In this document: positions 16,828 through 25,994 of the stretch, in pieces
Numbering within the stretch: position 1 is the first letter of the stretch
How the letters are laid out: each line of letters opens with the position of its first letter
Assembly (NCBI GenBank): GCA_964634755.1
Contig: CAZWJH010000003.1
Coordinates: 2,328-66,327 of the forward strand
Source of the DNA: an uncultured Clostridia bacterium
GTDB lineage: Bacteria > Acidobacteriota > Aminicenantia > JAMOAD01
DNA length: 64,000 bases
Direction of reading: 5' to 3'
Notes under the pieces: generated by a model
Databases searched by the model: none
Told to the model about the DNA's origin: nothing
What the model saw: the letters and a program-made list of their open reading frames with translations, nothing else
Position numbers and translations under genes: made by a program

Positions 16828-19194
16828 ATGAGATTTTTAAAAAAAATCCTGATTTTAATCTTTATTTTAATATTCTCATCAATACAATTAATCTCAACAA
16901 ATTTAATAGACTTAATAAAATCCAAAAATTATTCGGCTATCAGGGAAAATTTTGAAGATTCTTCATACAAACCACTTTTAAAAATATTAAGAGAGAATAA
17001 ACTTTTAAGTATAAAGAAAAGAAGTGATACAAGCTTTCTTATCTCACTACTAAAAAATGATAGAGGTAAAATAATCTATTTTACTTTTAAAAAAGGGAAA
17101 AACAATAAATTAAAAGAACTAACTTCAATTGAATTAATAAATCCTTTTTTTATCATAAAAGTATCAAGGATTTATAGAGTAACAAAAAAAAGGATTAAGA
17201 TAGGAGATGCGGAAATACTTATAAGTAAAGCTAATTTGTTTATTTTATCATCTTCACCTTTTCCTGTAATTTTGGAGGGAAAAATAAAAATTAAAAATTT
17301 TCCTTCTTCCGATGAAGAAAAAAAGCATTTCATTCATCTTTTCGGAAAACCTTATAAAATTTTTAAAGTTAAGTGGTGTATTCTTTCCGCTTTTGAGTAT
17401 GAAAAAGATTTAAATAAAATATTAAATAAAAGCCCCATTTTAAGAAAAAAGAAGACAATAAATAAAAAAGTACTAAAAATATTTAAAAATATATTTGGTT
17501 TCAGTGCAGAGGGAACTAATGAGATTCCCTTTTTGTTAAATGAAAGAAGTGAAAATTTGATAATTTTTCCTTACAAAAAAAGTAAAATCTTAGCTTTTAG
17601 ATTCAATAAAATAACTTACCCTGATACTCAACTTTTCGGATTGAATTTCAAAAAAATCCTTCTTGATTATAATAAATTAAAGAGTATGAAATTAATGGGA
17701 GCAGGTGAGTTTACAAAAATATCAGAGATAAAGTTTGAAATACTTTTGGATAAAAATTTTAAAGATTATTATGCTAAAGAAAAACTTTATTTTAAACACA
17801 AAATAAGTAAATTATCAATTAGCTTACCCAATTATATAAAAATCAGAAGTATTTATACAAAAAATAATAAGGTCTCATATTATAAAGCTCTTAACAAGCT
17901 CTTTATAAAAACTCAAAAGCCTATGAAAGAGTTGGAGCTTAATTTTTCATCCCATTTTGTTGAAAATGATGAAACAGATTTCTACTTTTCCTCGGTAAAA
18001 AAAGTTGACAGAACTTATATGCTTACAAGAAATCCTTTTTATTTTTTTGGAAGGGACTCGAATTATTACTTAAAAGATAATTTGGATTTTTTCAAATTTA
18101 CCTTGAAATTTAAAAAGCAACCCGGCTTTAAATGCTTTGGAGGAGGAGAAAATACAAACAAAAACACATTTTATTCAGATTCAATCAAAGGAATGCCCCT
18201 TGCATGTGGAAAATTTTCTTTAATAAATAAGTTAAATTCAAAGACTCAATTATTCAGAATATATTCAGATTTTATTCCTAACCACTCAGTAAAAAAAGAA
18301 ATATATAAAGTAACAAAAATCATATCTTTTTTAAATAATATTTTCGGAAAACTTAACATTAGAAGTATTAATATACTTTTAACCCAAGAACAAAATCTTT
18401 CAGGTTCAAGCTATCAAGGATTGCTAATACTAAAAATACCAAAAAGGAAAAAAACATTTTATTATCCCTCATCTCCTGTAAAATTCACACTAAACCTAAC
18501 AGATGTTTTAGTACACGAGTTGGCTCATCAGTGGTGGGGGGGAATTATTTCATGGGCAAGTTTTAGAGATCTCTGGTTTACCGAAGGGGTCTCTCAATTT
18601 GCTGTTATTGAATACTTGCAAAAGAATTCTTCAGAAGAATTTAGAAAAGCTGTAAAAATAATGAATAAAAGTGTAAAAAAATACTATAAATTTGGACCTA
18701 TTTTATATGGAAAGAGAATTGGGAATTGGGAAGAGAATACAAAAGCTTATTTTTCAATAATTTATAATAAATCTGCATTAGTGTTCTTCATGTTAAAAGA
18801 AATTATTGGAGAAAATTTGCTTTTCAATAATTTAAAAAACTTACTAAAAAAACATAAGTTTCAATCAATTACCACTGCTGTATTTTTGAATGAAATCGCA
18901 GGGAAAAACAAAATAGCAAGGGAATTCTTAAGAGATTGGATTTATAAAAGAGAGCTCCCGATAATTCACGTAAAAACGAAAATAAACGGAAATTCAATAA
19001 ATATAAATCTTTTTCAGCTTACTTCAAAACCTCTTATATTTCCCCTTTACATAAAAATAACATTTAGAAATAAAAAAATAATAAAAAGTGTTTTAATCAG
19101 AGAAAAAAAAGAAAAAATAGTTTTAAAATTTAAAGAAAAACCTTTAACTGTCAAAATAGAAGAAAATTACATAACCCCGATTATTTTAAAATAA
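16828..19194 (+). CDS. M1-family (gluzincin) zinc metallopeptidase, secreted, 788 aa
   Basis: HELAHQWWG (HExxH) followed 18 aa later by WFTEGVSQF (the third zinc-ligand Glu). Signal peptide. Very Lys-rich. Confidence 0.55.
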   Translation: MRFLKKILILIFILIFSSIQLISTNLIDLIKSKNYSAIRENFEDSSYKPLLKILRENKLLSIKKRSDTSFLISLLKNDRGKIIYFTFKKGKNNKLKELTSIELINPFFIIKVSRIYRVTKKRIKIGDAEILISKANLFILSSSPFPVILEGKIKIKNFPSSDEEKKHFIHLFGKPYKIFKVKWCILSAFEYEKDLNKILNKSPILRKKKTINKKVLKIFKNIFGFSAEGTNEIPFLLNERSENLIIFPYKKSKILAFRFNKITYPDTQLFGLNFKKILLDYNKLKSMKLMGAGEFTKISEIKFEILLDKNFKDYYAKEKLYFKHKISKLSISLPNYIKIRSIYTKNNKVSYYKALNKLFIKTQKPMKELELNFSSHFVENDETDFYFSSVKKVDRTYMLTRNPFYFFGRDSNYYLKDNLDFFKFTLKFKKQPGFKCFGGGENTNKNTFYSDSIKGMPLACGKFSLINKLNSKTQLFRIYSDFIPNHSVKKEIYKVTKIISFLNNIFGKLNIRSINILLTQEQNLSGSSYQGLLILKIPKRKKTFYYPSSPVKFTLNLTDVLVHELAHQWWGGIISWASFRDLWFTEGVSQFAVIEYLQKNSSEEFRKAVKIMNKSVKKYYKFGPILYGKRIGNWEENTKAYFSIIYNKSALVFFMLKEIIGENLLFNNLKNLLKKHKFQSITTAVFLNEIAGKNKIAREFLRDWIYKRELPIIHVKTKINGNSININLFQLTSKPLIFPLYIKITFRNKKIIKSVLIREKKEKIVLKFKEKPLTVKIEENYITPIILK

Positions 19195-20457
19195 TTAAAA
19201 TTCTTCCCACTGCAAAATTCTATTTTTTAAATACTCCTTATTTTTTTCAAAAATTTCTGCCTGTTTCTCTATTACCTCTTCAGCTTGTTCCCAATTCATA
19301 TCTATTGTTTCAGAGATAAAAGAGGCTGTTCTTCCGAAATATAGAGGAGAGAGGATGTTTATTAATTTTTTTCTGTTTCTTGACCAATTATGATATGTAT
19401 AAGCAGTATCATAAATAATTAAACTCCATAATTTTCCGTCAATATTGAGCCCATTTCCTTTTTTCTTATTTTCATAGACTTTAAAAAGCCCTTGATAACT
19501 TTCCAGAGAAAGAATATCTCTATAAAGTGAAGAAAATTGTTCGAATCCATCAATAAATTCATCCTCTAATTTTTTTAAATTTACATTTATTTCCGTAGGC
19601 TCAGGGCTATCTTCAACGCCCTTTAAAAGTGGGATATCAACACTTTTTTCAACCTTTGTCCAATTATCCTCATACTCATTCATAAGATCAAACATAGTTG
19701 AAATCACCTGAATAAACATGTGAACCAGATCAGATGCAGGATCTTTGGCATTGTGAATTTTTACGCCGAGATTAGCTTGAGAAATACTATTAACCTCATT
19801 TATGGCAACAGTTGTCATCCAGATATCTATCCCAAATTTGGCTATATCTGTCATCCAAACTTTTTTATCAGAATAAAGTTTTGCCAATTTCCCTGAAAAT
19901 CCGAAATCCCCTCCGATTGGTTGTCTGACTTTTTTTCCATATAAAGCTCTTGTGGTTGGATAAACAATCATATTGGTTATAGTCCCGTCATATTTGTATC
20001 TTTTATAATAGGGAGCAACAAAATGAGTATCTTCATTTAAAATAGGTTCAAGAATATATTTAATCCATTCAGGCCTGATACTTCTAAGGTCAGAATCAAA
20101 AACAGCTATTGCCTTCGCTTCAAGGTGTTTCGCAACTTCAAAAATCGCCCTTAAAGATGTCCCTTTTCCCGGAATTCCCCTGTAAATTGTAACTATCTCT
20201 GAAACATCAGAGGGTATTTTTGCCCTAAGAGCATTCTCCCTTGTATTATCGGTGGATCCTCCGTCCGAAATAAAAATACCTTTTCTTACATCAGGAAAAT
20301 ATTTGCTTAATCCCTCACCTATCCGCTCTACAACAAATCTAATTGTATCTTCATTATTATAACAGGGGACACCTACCAGAATATCAACTTTTTGTTGCTC
20401 TTTAATCCATTTTATCGCCTCATCTCTTAATGCTGTTTCATAAGGTTTAAATCCCAT
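19195..20457 (-). CDS. GT-A fold glycosyltransferase (GT2/GT81-like), candidate glycosyl-(3-phospho)glycerate synthase
   Basis: VGVPCYNNEDTI...ISDGGSTDNT nucleotide-sugar-binding N-terminus and DSD (AVFDSDLRSI) DXD motif. Co-oriented with the next two genes. Confidence 0.5.
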   Translation of the reverse strand: MGFKPYETALRDEAIKWIKEQQKVDILVGVPCYNNEDTIRFVVERIGEGLSKYFPDVRKGIFISDGGSTDNTRENALRAKIPSDVSEIVTIYRGIPGKGTSLRAIFEVAKHLEAKAIAVFDSDLRSIRPEWIKYILEPILNEDTHFVAPYYKRYKYDGTITNMIVYPTTRALYGKKVRQPIGGDFGFSGKLAKLYSDKKVWMTDIAKFGIDIWMTTVAINEVNSISQANLGVKIHNAKDPASDLVHMFIQVISTMFDLMNEYEDNWTKVEKSVDIPLLKGVEDSPEPTEINVNLKKLEDEFIDGFEQFSSLYRDILSLESYQGLFKVYENKKKGNGLNIDGKLWSLIIYDTAYTYHNWSRNRKKLINILSPLYFGRTASFISETIDMNWEQAEEVIEKQAEIFEKNKEYLKNRILQWEEF

Positions 20458-20465
20458 ATTTCCTC

Positions 20466-21674
20466 CTATTTATTATCTTTGTCAACCAATTTTTTTAATT
20501 TGTCAAGAAAGTTTGGATAGGCTGAAGTAATTCTGTTCCAATTGGGAAGCATTTGAACTCCCATAGGATCTTCAAGAAATTTCTCGGAAGAGTGAATCAA
20601 AGCTTTGTAAAATGTTTCCACTATTGATTCCTCCTGATGCCTGTCAAATGAAAGGCCATTCATCATTGCTATTGCATGATAACTAGAAATCATATCCTCG
20701 GCAATCCTCAAATATGTTTTCTGAATCGCTCTTATATTCCCGTCGGAAATTATAACTCCTTCCGCTGCAATATTCTTTAATACATTAGTTGCAATATCAA
20801 TTGTCATCTTATGGAGACCCATATTTGCATCAGCTTCAGAGACTTTTTGATGTTTATGATCATACCTTTGAGCCAACCCCACCTGTGTAATTCTTTTAAG
20901 AGTAACATTTCTATAAACTTCATAAAGAACACTAACTTCAAGTCCCCAATCACCCGGGAATCTCATAACTCTTGCAAGCCCTGTTCTTAAAGCAAACTCT
21001 CCCGAAAGCGGATATCTGAAACTGTTAAGATAATAAATAAAAGGATGAGGGCCCAAAACCTTTAATAAAGCTTTAAAAAACGGAATAACAAAAAGTCTTG
21101 TAACTCTTCCGTGAAGTTTTTTACTAAATCTTGCATAAAATCCTTTTGAAAATTCAAAAGGTAAATGAGGGCTTACAAGAGGATAAATTAATCTTGCAAG
21201 CATCTCCTTCGAATATGTCTCAATATCAGAATCATGTAAAGCAATTATGTCGGCCTCCCCTTTTGCAAGTATATAACCAAAACCTGTCCAACAAGATTTC
21301 CCTTTTCCTTCGGGACCTATTTTTAAATTAGCTTTATCAAGATCAAAAATCATATCTTTTATCTTAGGATTATCCATCCAAAGTACAGTAATGTTTCGAG
21401 GATGATTCTTAATTTCATCTTTCACTCTTTCAAACTTTTCCCTTGAAGCACCACCTAAAGATAAAACAACTTCATTAATAAAATCTATGTCTTTCATTAT
21501 TTCTAGGATTCTTTTCATCGCAGGTCTTACATAATCACTATAAAGAACAGGTATAAGAACCGCTGTTTTTTTTCTTTTTGAAAATTTCATTAAGTGAGAA
21601 TCTATGATATCAGAACCTTTTTCTCCCAAAATATTAATTGTTGTTATATTTCCTGATTGAAAAAAATCTGACAT
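20466..21674 (-). CDS. GT-A fold glycosyltransferase, mannosyl-/glucosyl-3-phosphoglycerate synthase-like
   Basis: About 400 aa with DXD (ALHDSDIETY) and size/architecture compatible with MpgS-type enzymes. Adjacent to an MpgP-family phosphatase. Confidence 0.45.
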   Translation of the reverse strand: MSDFFQSGNITTINILGEKGSDIIDSHLMKFSKRKKTAVLIPVLYSDYVRPAMKRILEIMKDIDFINEVVLSLGGASREKFERVKDEIKNHPRNITVLWMDNPKIKDMIFDLDKANLKIGPEGKGKSCWTGFGYILAKGEADIIALHDSDIETYSKEMLARLIYPLVSPHLPFEFSKGFYARFSKKLHGRVTRLFVIPFFKALLKVLGPHPFIYYLNSFRYPLSGEFALRTGLARVMRFPGDWGLEVSVLYEVYRNVTLKRITQVGLAQRYDHKHQKVSEADANMGLHKMTIDIATNVLKNIAAEGVIISDGNIRAIQKTYLRIAEDMISSYHAIAMMNGLSFDRHQEESIVETFYKALIHSSEKFLEDPMGVQMLPNWNRITSAYPNFLDKLKKLVDKDNK

Positions 21675-21726
21675 TTCACACCTCCTTTTAAGATTTTTTA
21701 TGGATTGCCTTTACAACTTTATATTA

Positions 21727-22554
21727 CTATATTAAAAATAATTTTTCAAATATTTCATTCCATCCTTCGGGAGCAGGATTTTTTGTTAAAAAAATATCTC
21801 TAATTTCATTTTTTATTTTTCTTGAATAAAATCCATCCTTCTTTTTAACTAAAACAGGAATATCCGCAAATTTTAACATTGACAAATCATTTTCAGAATC
21901 ACCAAGCCCTATTGTTTTTATTTTGTTTTTCTGGTAAATCTTCTTGTAAAATTTATAAATAATCTCAGCAGCCATTCCTTTATCATACTCCCCTGATAAA
22001 TGATAAAAACGTCCCCCTTTTACAATTTTTAATCCAAAAGCTTTTAACTCTTTAAAAAAGTTTCTTGTTCCATAATTATTAGTTTCTATTATTATAAAAG
22101 GAATATCATACTCTCTTTTTTTTACCTTTTCTATCATCTCTCCTTTTAAATTTAAAATATTCTTAAATTCATTATTAGAAAAATCAAAAATAGTTTTTAC
22201 ACTTACCTCATACTTCTTTGAAGCTTCTTTAAGCAAAGGAAGTATACTTTTTATGTGCATTCCAATTTCTATTTTACATAATTCATCATCGCTAACTTTA
22301 TATTTACGATCTAAAAATTTTTCATAAGCTTTTGGGAAATAGATAGCACCTCCATTCTCAATAGCAAAAGGATAATCAATTAAGCCTATTTCTTTTCTAA
22401 AAACTATAGTTTCTTCAAATGTTTTACTTGTAAGAAATATTATCGGAAAATTATTTTTCTTAAGGTAGTTTATGGATTTTCCCGCCCCCCACCATTCATA
22501 GGTATCATAATCAAGTAAAGTTCCATCAAGATCAGTAAAGATTAAATATTTCAT
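21727..22554 (-). CDS. HAD-IIB phosphatase, mannosyl-3-phosphoglycerate phosphatase (MpgP/YedP) family
   Basis: N-terminal FTDLDGTLLD HAD motif I. Conserved TSKT motif II. GDSENDLSML motif IV. 275 aa, typical of the MpgP family. Confidence 0.65.
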   Translation of the reverse strand: MKYLIFTDLDGTLLDYDTYEWWGAGKSINYLKKNNFPIIFLTSKTFEETIVFRKEIGLIDYPFAIENGGAIYFPKAYEKFLDRKYKVSDDELCKIEIGMHIKSILPLLKEASKKYEVSVKTIFDFSNNEFKNILNLKGEMIEKVKKREYDIPFIIIETNNYGTRNFFKELKAFGLKIVKGGRFYHLSGEYDKGMAAEIIYKFYKKIYQKNKIKTIGLGDSENDLSMLKFADIPVLVKKKDGFYSRKIKNEIRDIFLTKNPAPEGWNEIFEKLFLI

Positions 22555-22585
22555 AAAATAATATAAATCAATAAAAAGATTAATT

Positions 22586-22613
22586 CAATAGGATAAAGAA
22601 ACGGAGCGGGCAA
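22586..22613 (-). terminator. Rho-independent terminator after the NifX-like operon (minus strand)
   Basis: Perfect 9-bp GC-rich inverted repeat GGAGCGGGC-AAG-GCCCGCTCC (22593-22613) followed on the minus strand by TTTCTTTAT. Confidence 0.65.
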
Positions 22614-22660
22614 GCCCGCTCCGTCCACACAAAAGGGGTAAGCTTTATTTGAAAAGAGAC

Positions 22661-22860
22661 TTACTTCCAGCCTCTGCCAAAACCCCCGCCAAAGCCTCCG
22701 CCTCGGCCTTTTCCTCCACCTTTTCCAAAGCCTCCGCCTCTACCTCTTCCTCTTCCGAAACCACCACCGAAGCCTCCACCTCGGCCACCTCCAAATCCAC
22801 CACCAAAACCTGCTCCTCCTCCGGACCCGGGTCCACCGAAACCTCCTTGCGGGGTATAAG
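22661..22860. repeat. GC-rich imperfect tandem repeats (ccaaagcctccgcctc-like units) encoding the Gly/Arg/Phe tail
   Basis: Local GC content far above the window background. Units of about 15-18 nt repeated with variation. Confidence 0.6.
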
Positions 22861-23221
22861 GTGGCATTTGTCCGTTAGGGTTTGCAGGAGCGGCTTCCAA
22901 CTTTCCTTGAGTTGTCATCTCATATGCCTCTCTTACACTTATTCCAGAAGGTGCAGAAACCATCTGAATACCCGCCCCCGAAAGAACAGACGAAGCATTT
23001 GGACCAAAAGAACCTGAAACAACTATGTTCACACCTTGAGATGCAACATATTGAGCTGCTGCTGTCCCTGCCCCACTTGGAGAAGCTGCATTAGGATTAG
23101 GAATTATCTGAACAGCATCAGGATTTTCAGAATCAAAAATCACATAATAAGCTGCTCTTCCGAAACGAGGATCCACAGGACCATTCAAATCTTCAGAGCT
23201 TGCAGTTACTAATATTCTCAT
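22661..23221 (-). CDS. NifX/NafY-like (dinitrogenase FeMo-cofactor-binding, PF02579-type) domain protein with C-terminal Gly/Arg/Phe repeat tail
   Basis: N-terminus MRILVTASSEDLNGPVDPRFGRAAYYVIFD...VNIVVSGSFGPNA fits the MKIAV..HFG....iyd...vd.vi.g.iG pattern of the family. The last 60 aa are (GGFGGG/RGRGRG/GKGGGKGRG) low-complexity repeats. Confidence 0.55.
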   Translation of the reverse strand: MRILVTASSEDLNGPVDPRFGRAAYYVIFDSENPDAVQIIPNPNAASPSGAGTAAAQYVASQGVNIVVSGSFGPNASSVLSGAGIQMVSAPSGISVREAYEMTTQGKLEAAPANPNGQMPPYTPQGGFGGPGSGGGAGFGGGFGGGRGGGFGGGFGRGRGRGGGFGKGGGKGRGGGFGGGFGRGWK

Positions 23222-23814
23222 TTTTCCTCCTTAACATTTTTTTCAATTTCTGCCAACCTTTTCTCATAGTAATCTAACTGAGACCTAAGATTGTCTATTA
23301 TGTTTTTTAAAAAACTCTTTTCATCAAAATTATAAGACTGCGGATATGTGCCTCCTGGAAAAACACCCCAATTCATAGCCCAACCTCTTCCAAAACCTCT
23401 ACCCCATCCGAATCCCCATCCAAATCCATAGGGATTGTATTGAGGAAAATAAGATGCTGGAATAGTTGTTTGTTGAGGAACTGTTTGAGTAAAATCTCCA
23501 CTCAGCACTTTTTCAACCGCATCTTTTACGGAAATTCCTCCAGTCTCCGTAATCATTTGAATACCAGCTGAGCTTAAAATCATTGAAGAGTTAGGCCCGA
23601 AAGCACCTGAAATAACAGCTTGAACTCCCTTCTCTAATATAAATTGGGCTGCAACAATACCTGCCCCCGAAGGAGTGTTTATAAAAGGGTTTTGAATTAT
23701 CTCTGGATTATTTGGATGCTCACTATCGTACACAATAAAATAAGGTGCTCTTGCAAATCTCATATCCACTGGAGAATTCAGATCAGGCGCTGATGATGTG
23801 ATAAGTATCCTCAT
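23218..23814 (-). CDS. NifX/NafY-like domain protein with Gly/Trp/Arg repeat linker (GFGWGFGWGRGFGRGW) and C-terminal coiled coil
   Basis: Paralog of the downstream gene (MRILITSSAPDLNSPVDMRFARAPYFIVYD...VQAVISGAFGPNS). Aromatic/Gly repeat, then a 40-aa K/E coiled coil. Overlaps neighbours by 4 nt. Confidence 0.55.
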   Translation of the reverse strand: MRILITSSAPDLNSPVDMRFARAPYFIVYDSEHPNNPEIIQNPFINTPSGAGIVAAQFILEKGVQAVISGAFGPNSSMILSSAGIQMITETGGISVKDAVEKVLSGDFTQTVPQQTTIPASYFPQYNPYGFGWGFGWGRGFGRGWAMNWGVFPGGTYPQSYNFDEKSFLKNIIDNLRSQLDYYEKRLAEIEKNVKEEK

Positions 23815-24110
23815 TTTTTCTCCTCCTGCACAGTGGTTGGTGTAGGTGTTACCATATTGTATCCATAGGGAACAGGATAGTTAAAACCAGTATAACCAGT
23901 ATAAGATGTATAATATGGGTTATAGTACCCCATCCACCTCCAACCTCTTGGAAGTCCGGTCCATGGGCAATAGCCAAGAGTTGCTCCATAACCGAAACCT
24001 CTGCCAAAGCCTCTGCCTCTGCCAAAGCCTCTGCCTCTTCCGAAACCTTTGCCTCTCCCCCAACCAAAGCCTCCGAAACCATAATAATAAGGATTCATAT
24101 AGTTAAACAT
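23811..24110 (-). CDS. small Gly/Arg/Tyr-rich protein (99 aa) with (GFGRGR)n repeats and a GYCPW motif
   Basis: ORF in operon context with 4-nt overlap on the downstream side. Sequence is MFNYMNPYYYGFGGFGWGRGKGFGRGRGFGRGRGFGRGFGYGATLGYCPWTGLPRGWRW... The underlying DNA contains an 18-nt tandem repeat. Confidence 0.45.
   Translation of the reverse strand: MFNYMNPYYYGFGGFGWGRGKGFGRGRGFGRGRGFGRGFGYGATLGYCPWTGLPRGWRWMGYYNPYYTSYTGYTGFNYPVPYGYNMVTPTPTTVQEEKK
23990..24060. repeat. 18-nt tandem repeat gccaaagcctctgcctct (2 perfect copies plus degenerate flanking copies) encoding (GRGRGF)n
   Basis: Copies at 24003-24020 and 24021-24038 are identical. 24039-24056 and 23993-24002 are degenerate. Confidence 0.7.
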
Positions 24111-24122
24111 TTCACACCTCCT

Positions 24123-25478
24123 CTATTTAATTTTTGAAATTAAATTTTCAGCAGCTTTTATTATCGGATAAGTCGTAGGAGCTGATGTTAGAAGTGGGTG
24201 AGTTCCTATCTGTGAAATCAAAAGTCCGCCGGTTGTGGTTTTTTGCTGAATAGCAAAACCTAAAAAGTTAATTAACTCACCTGTACTATCTCCTCCGAAA
24301 ACTTGAGCCCCCATTATTATCTCAGATTTTTTTGAAGCTATAAGTTTAATTCTCTGCTTATGAGCTCCAGGTAAAGATCCCGGATGTCTATCCACACTCT
24401 CTGCCTCTCCTATAACGATATCAAAACCCAACTCTCTTGCCATTGCTTCTGTAACACCTGCTGAGCCAAAAGCATTGTTACCAATCTTAGTTGAAAAGAT
24501 TCCGATTGTTCCCGTAAATGTCTTAACCACTTGAAGTTTAAAAAGATTTGCCCCTGCTATCCTTGCCTCTGAAGTTGCCGTTGAAGCAAGCATAATCTTG
24601 CTAATTCTTCTCGTAATAAAATCCTTTCTTTCAACACAATCTCCCACAGCAAAAACATGGTCATAATCCGTTCTTAAATATTCATCAACCCAAATAGCTC
24701 CTGAAGCTCCAAGCCTTACTTCTGCCTCAGCTGCAAGTTTTACATTAGGTTTATACCCCAAAGAAAGAATAACAGCGTCAGCATCAATGGTATCATCATT
24801 CTCAAGGACAACCTTTTCAACCTTGCCTTTCCCTTCTATTCTCTTTACTCCAATTCCGGTAACCAAATCAACTCCATACTTCTTAAGCTCCTCTTCCGCT
24901 TTAATACAGCATTCTTCATCAAATGCAAGGTAAAGTATGTGAGGTAATTTTTCCACAATAGTGATTTTCTTATCATCATATTTCCTTAACTCATCGGCAA
25001 CCTCCACACCGATAAATCCTCCGCCAACTATCACTATGTTTTTAAAACTTGAAAGTTTGCTTTTTAAATCCCTAAGATAATCAATATTCTTTTTAATATA
25101 AAAAACATTTTCAAGGTCCCTTCCTTCAAGCCAAGAAGGCTCTGTGGGAGTTGAACCGGTAGCAAAAACTACCTTTTCAAATTTAATCTTATCACCTGCT
25201 TCCGTAAAAGCAACTTTCTCTTTAATATCAACTTTTTTAACAGAATCCACTATAATCTCAATACCTTTTTTCAAAATAGGTTCATCTGGAATAATATCTT
25301 TTTCTGGAGAATCAAGAGTACTTAAAACATAAGGAATACCACAGGGAATCAATACCTTTTTTTCTCTCCTTAAAATAGCAACACTTTTTTCCGGATAATA
25401 TGTTTTTGAAGTAACTGCCGTAATAATCCCAGCAGGTCCTCCACCAACAACTAAAACATCAAATTTCCTATTTGCCAT
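24123..25478 (-). CDS. FAD-dependent pyridine nucleotide-disulfide oxidoreductase (NADH oxidase / CoA-disulfide reductase family)
   Basis: VLVVGGGPAGI FAD-binding GxGxxG. Single redox Cys in PCGIPY. Second dinucleotide fold IVIVGGGFIGVE. C-terminal dimerisation domain. 451 aa. Confidence 0.75.
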   Translation of the reverse strand: MANRKFDVLVVGGGPAGIITAVTSKTYYPEKSVAILRREKKVLIPCGIPYVLSTLDSPEKDIIPDEPILKKGIEIIVDSVKKVDIKEKVAFTEAGDKIKFEKVVFATGSTPTEPSWLEGRDLENVFYIKKNIDYLRDLKSKLSSFKNIVIVGGGFIGVEVADELRKYDDKKITIVEKLPHILYLAFDEECCIKAEEELKKYGVDLVTGIGVKRIEGKGKVEKVVLENDDTIDADAVILSLGYKPNVKLAAEAEVRLGASGAIWVDEYLRTDYDHVFAVGDCVERKDFITRRISKIMLASTATSEARIAGANLFKLQVVKTFTGTIGIFSTKIGNNAFGSAGVTEAMARELGFDIVIGEAESVDRHPGSLPGAHKQRIKLIASKKSEIIMGAQVFGGDSTGELINFLGFAIQQKTTTGGLLISQIGTHPLLTSAPTTYPIIKAAENLISKIK

Positions 25479-25894
25479 TATTTCCTCCTTTTATTTAAAT
25501 TTTTTCTGTTTTTCCCAAAGCCTTTTCTCCATCTGCCTCTTTCACCCCTTCTTGACCATTCATTATAAAAAATAGTTTCACTAAAAAAAGATGGGATTTT
25601 GCCTTTAAGATATAAATCCACTACCATATCAGGTTCCATAAACCCTCCATTAAAAATTTCAATCCCATTAAAATACAAATTTCTTAAAAACCCTCGCGGA
25701 CCCCCACCACAAATTATTATATTAATATTTTCGGATTTAAGGACACTTAAAAGTTCCATAGGATATTCAAGTATAAGATTTATACTACTCTTCCCCACAA
25801 TTCTCCCATCCACAATTTCATAAATAATAAGCTGCTCCGAAAAATCTAACCTTGGAGCAACTATATTTCTAAAAACCGCTACTGCTAATTTCAT
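25478..25894 (-). CDS. NifX/NafY-like (PF02579-type) domain protein
   Basis: MKLAVAVFRN...IIICGGGPRGF...GIEIF matches the family pattern. The ORF track start (TTG at 25921) is probably an over-extension; ATG 25894 gives MKLAVAV. Confidence 0.55.
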   Translation of the reverse strand: MKLAVAVFRNIVAPRLDFSEQLIIYEIVDGRIVGKSSINLILEYPMELLSVLKSENINIIICGGGPRGFLRNLYFNGIEIFNGGFMEPDMVVDLYLKGKIPSFFSETIFYNEWSRRGERGRWRKGFGKNRKNLNKRRK

Positions 25895-25978
25895 ATTGTT
25901 AGATATAAAATTTCGTGCCAACTTTATAAATTGCCATAAATCCCTATAATTATTGAATTTTTTCTTTTTGAAATTTTA

Positions 25979-25994
25979 TGGCAACAATCCTGCA
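25979..25994 (+). promoter_or_regulatory. Candidate sigma-54 (-24/-12) promoter TGGCAA-N6-TGCA reading into the sigma-54 activator gene
   Basis: TGGCAACAATCCTGCA has GG and GC exactly 12 nt apart as in the TGGCAC-N5-TTGCA consensus. A 6+1+6 palindrome AAACATTATGTTT (25996-26008) and a direct repeat TGTTGCAT-AA-TGTTGCAT (26012-26029) follow. Confidence 0.4.

Noticed and set aside
22645-23094. Plus-strand ORFs (63, 122 and 70 aa; Ser/Thr/Ala/Glu-rich) overlapping the GC-rich repeat region
   Set aside because: They are antisense to the long, operon-embedded minus-strand NifX-like genes. Low-complexity GC-rich DNA is open in many frames. There is no start context or RBS.
25911-25940. Minus-strand TTGGCACG as the sigma-54 promoter of the NifX-like operon
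   Set aside because: The perfect -24 box lacks the -12 GC (TTTAT instead of TTGCA). It would place the TSS on the ATG of the first gene. Kept only as a note inside the sigma-54 finding.
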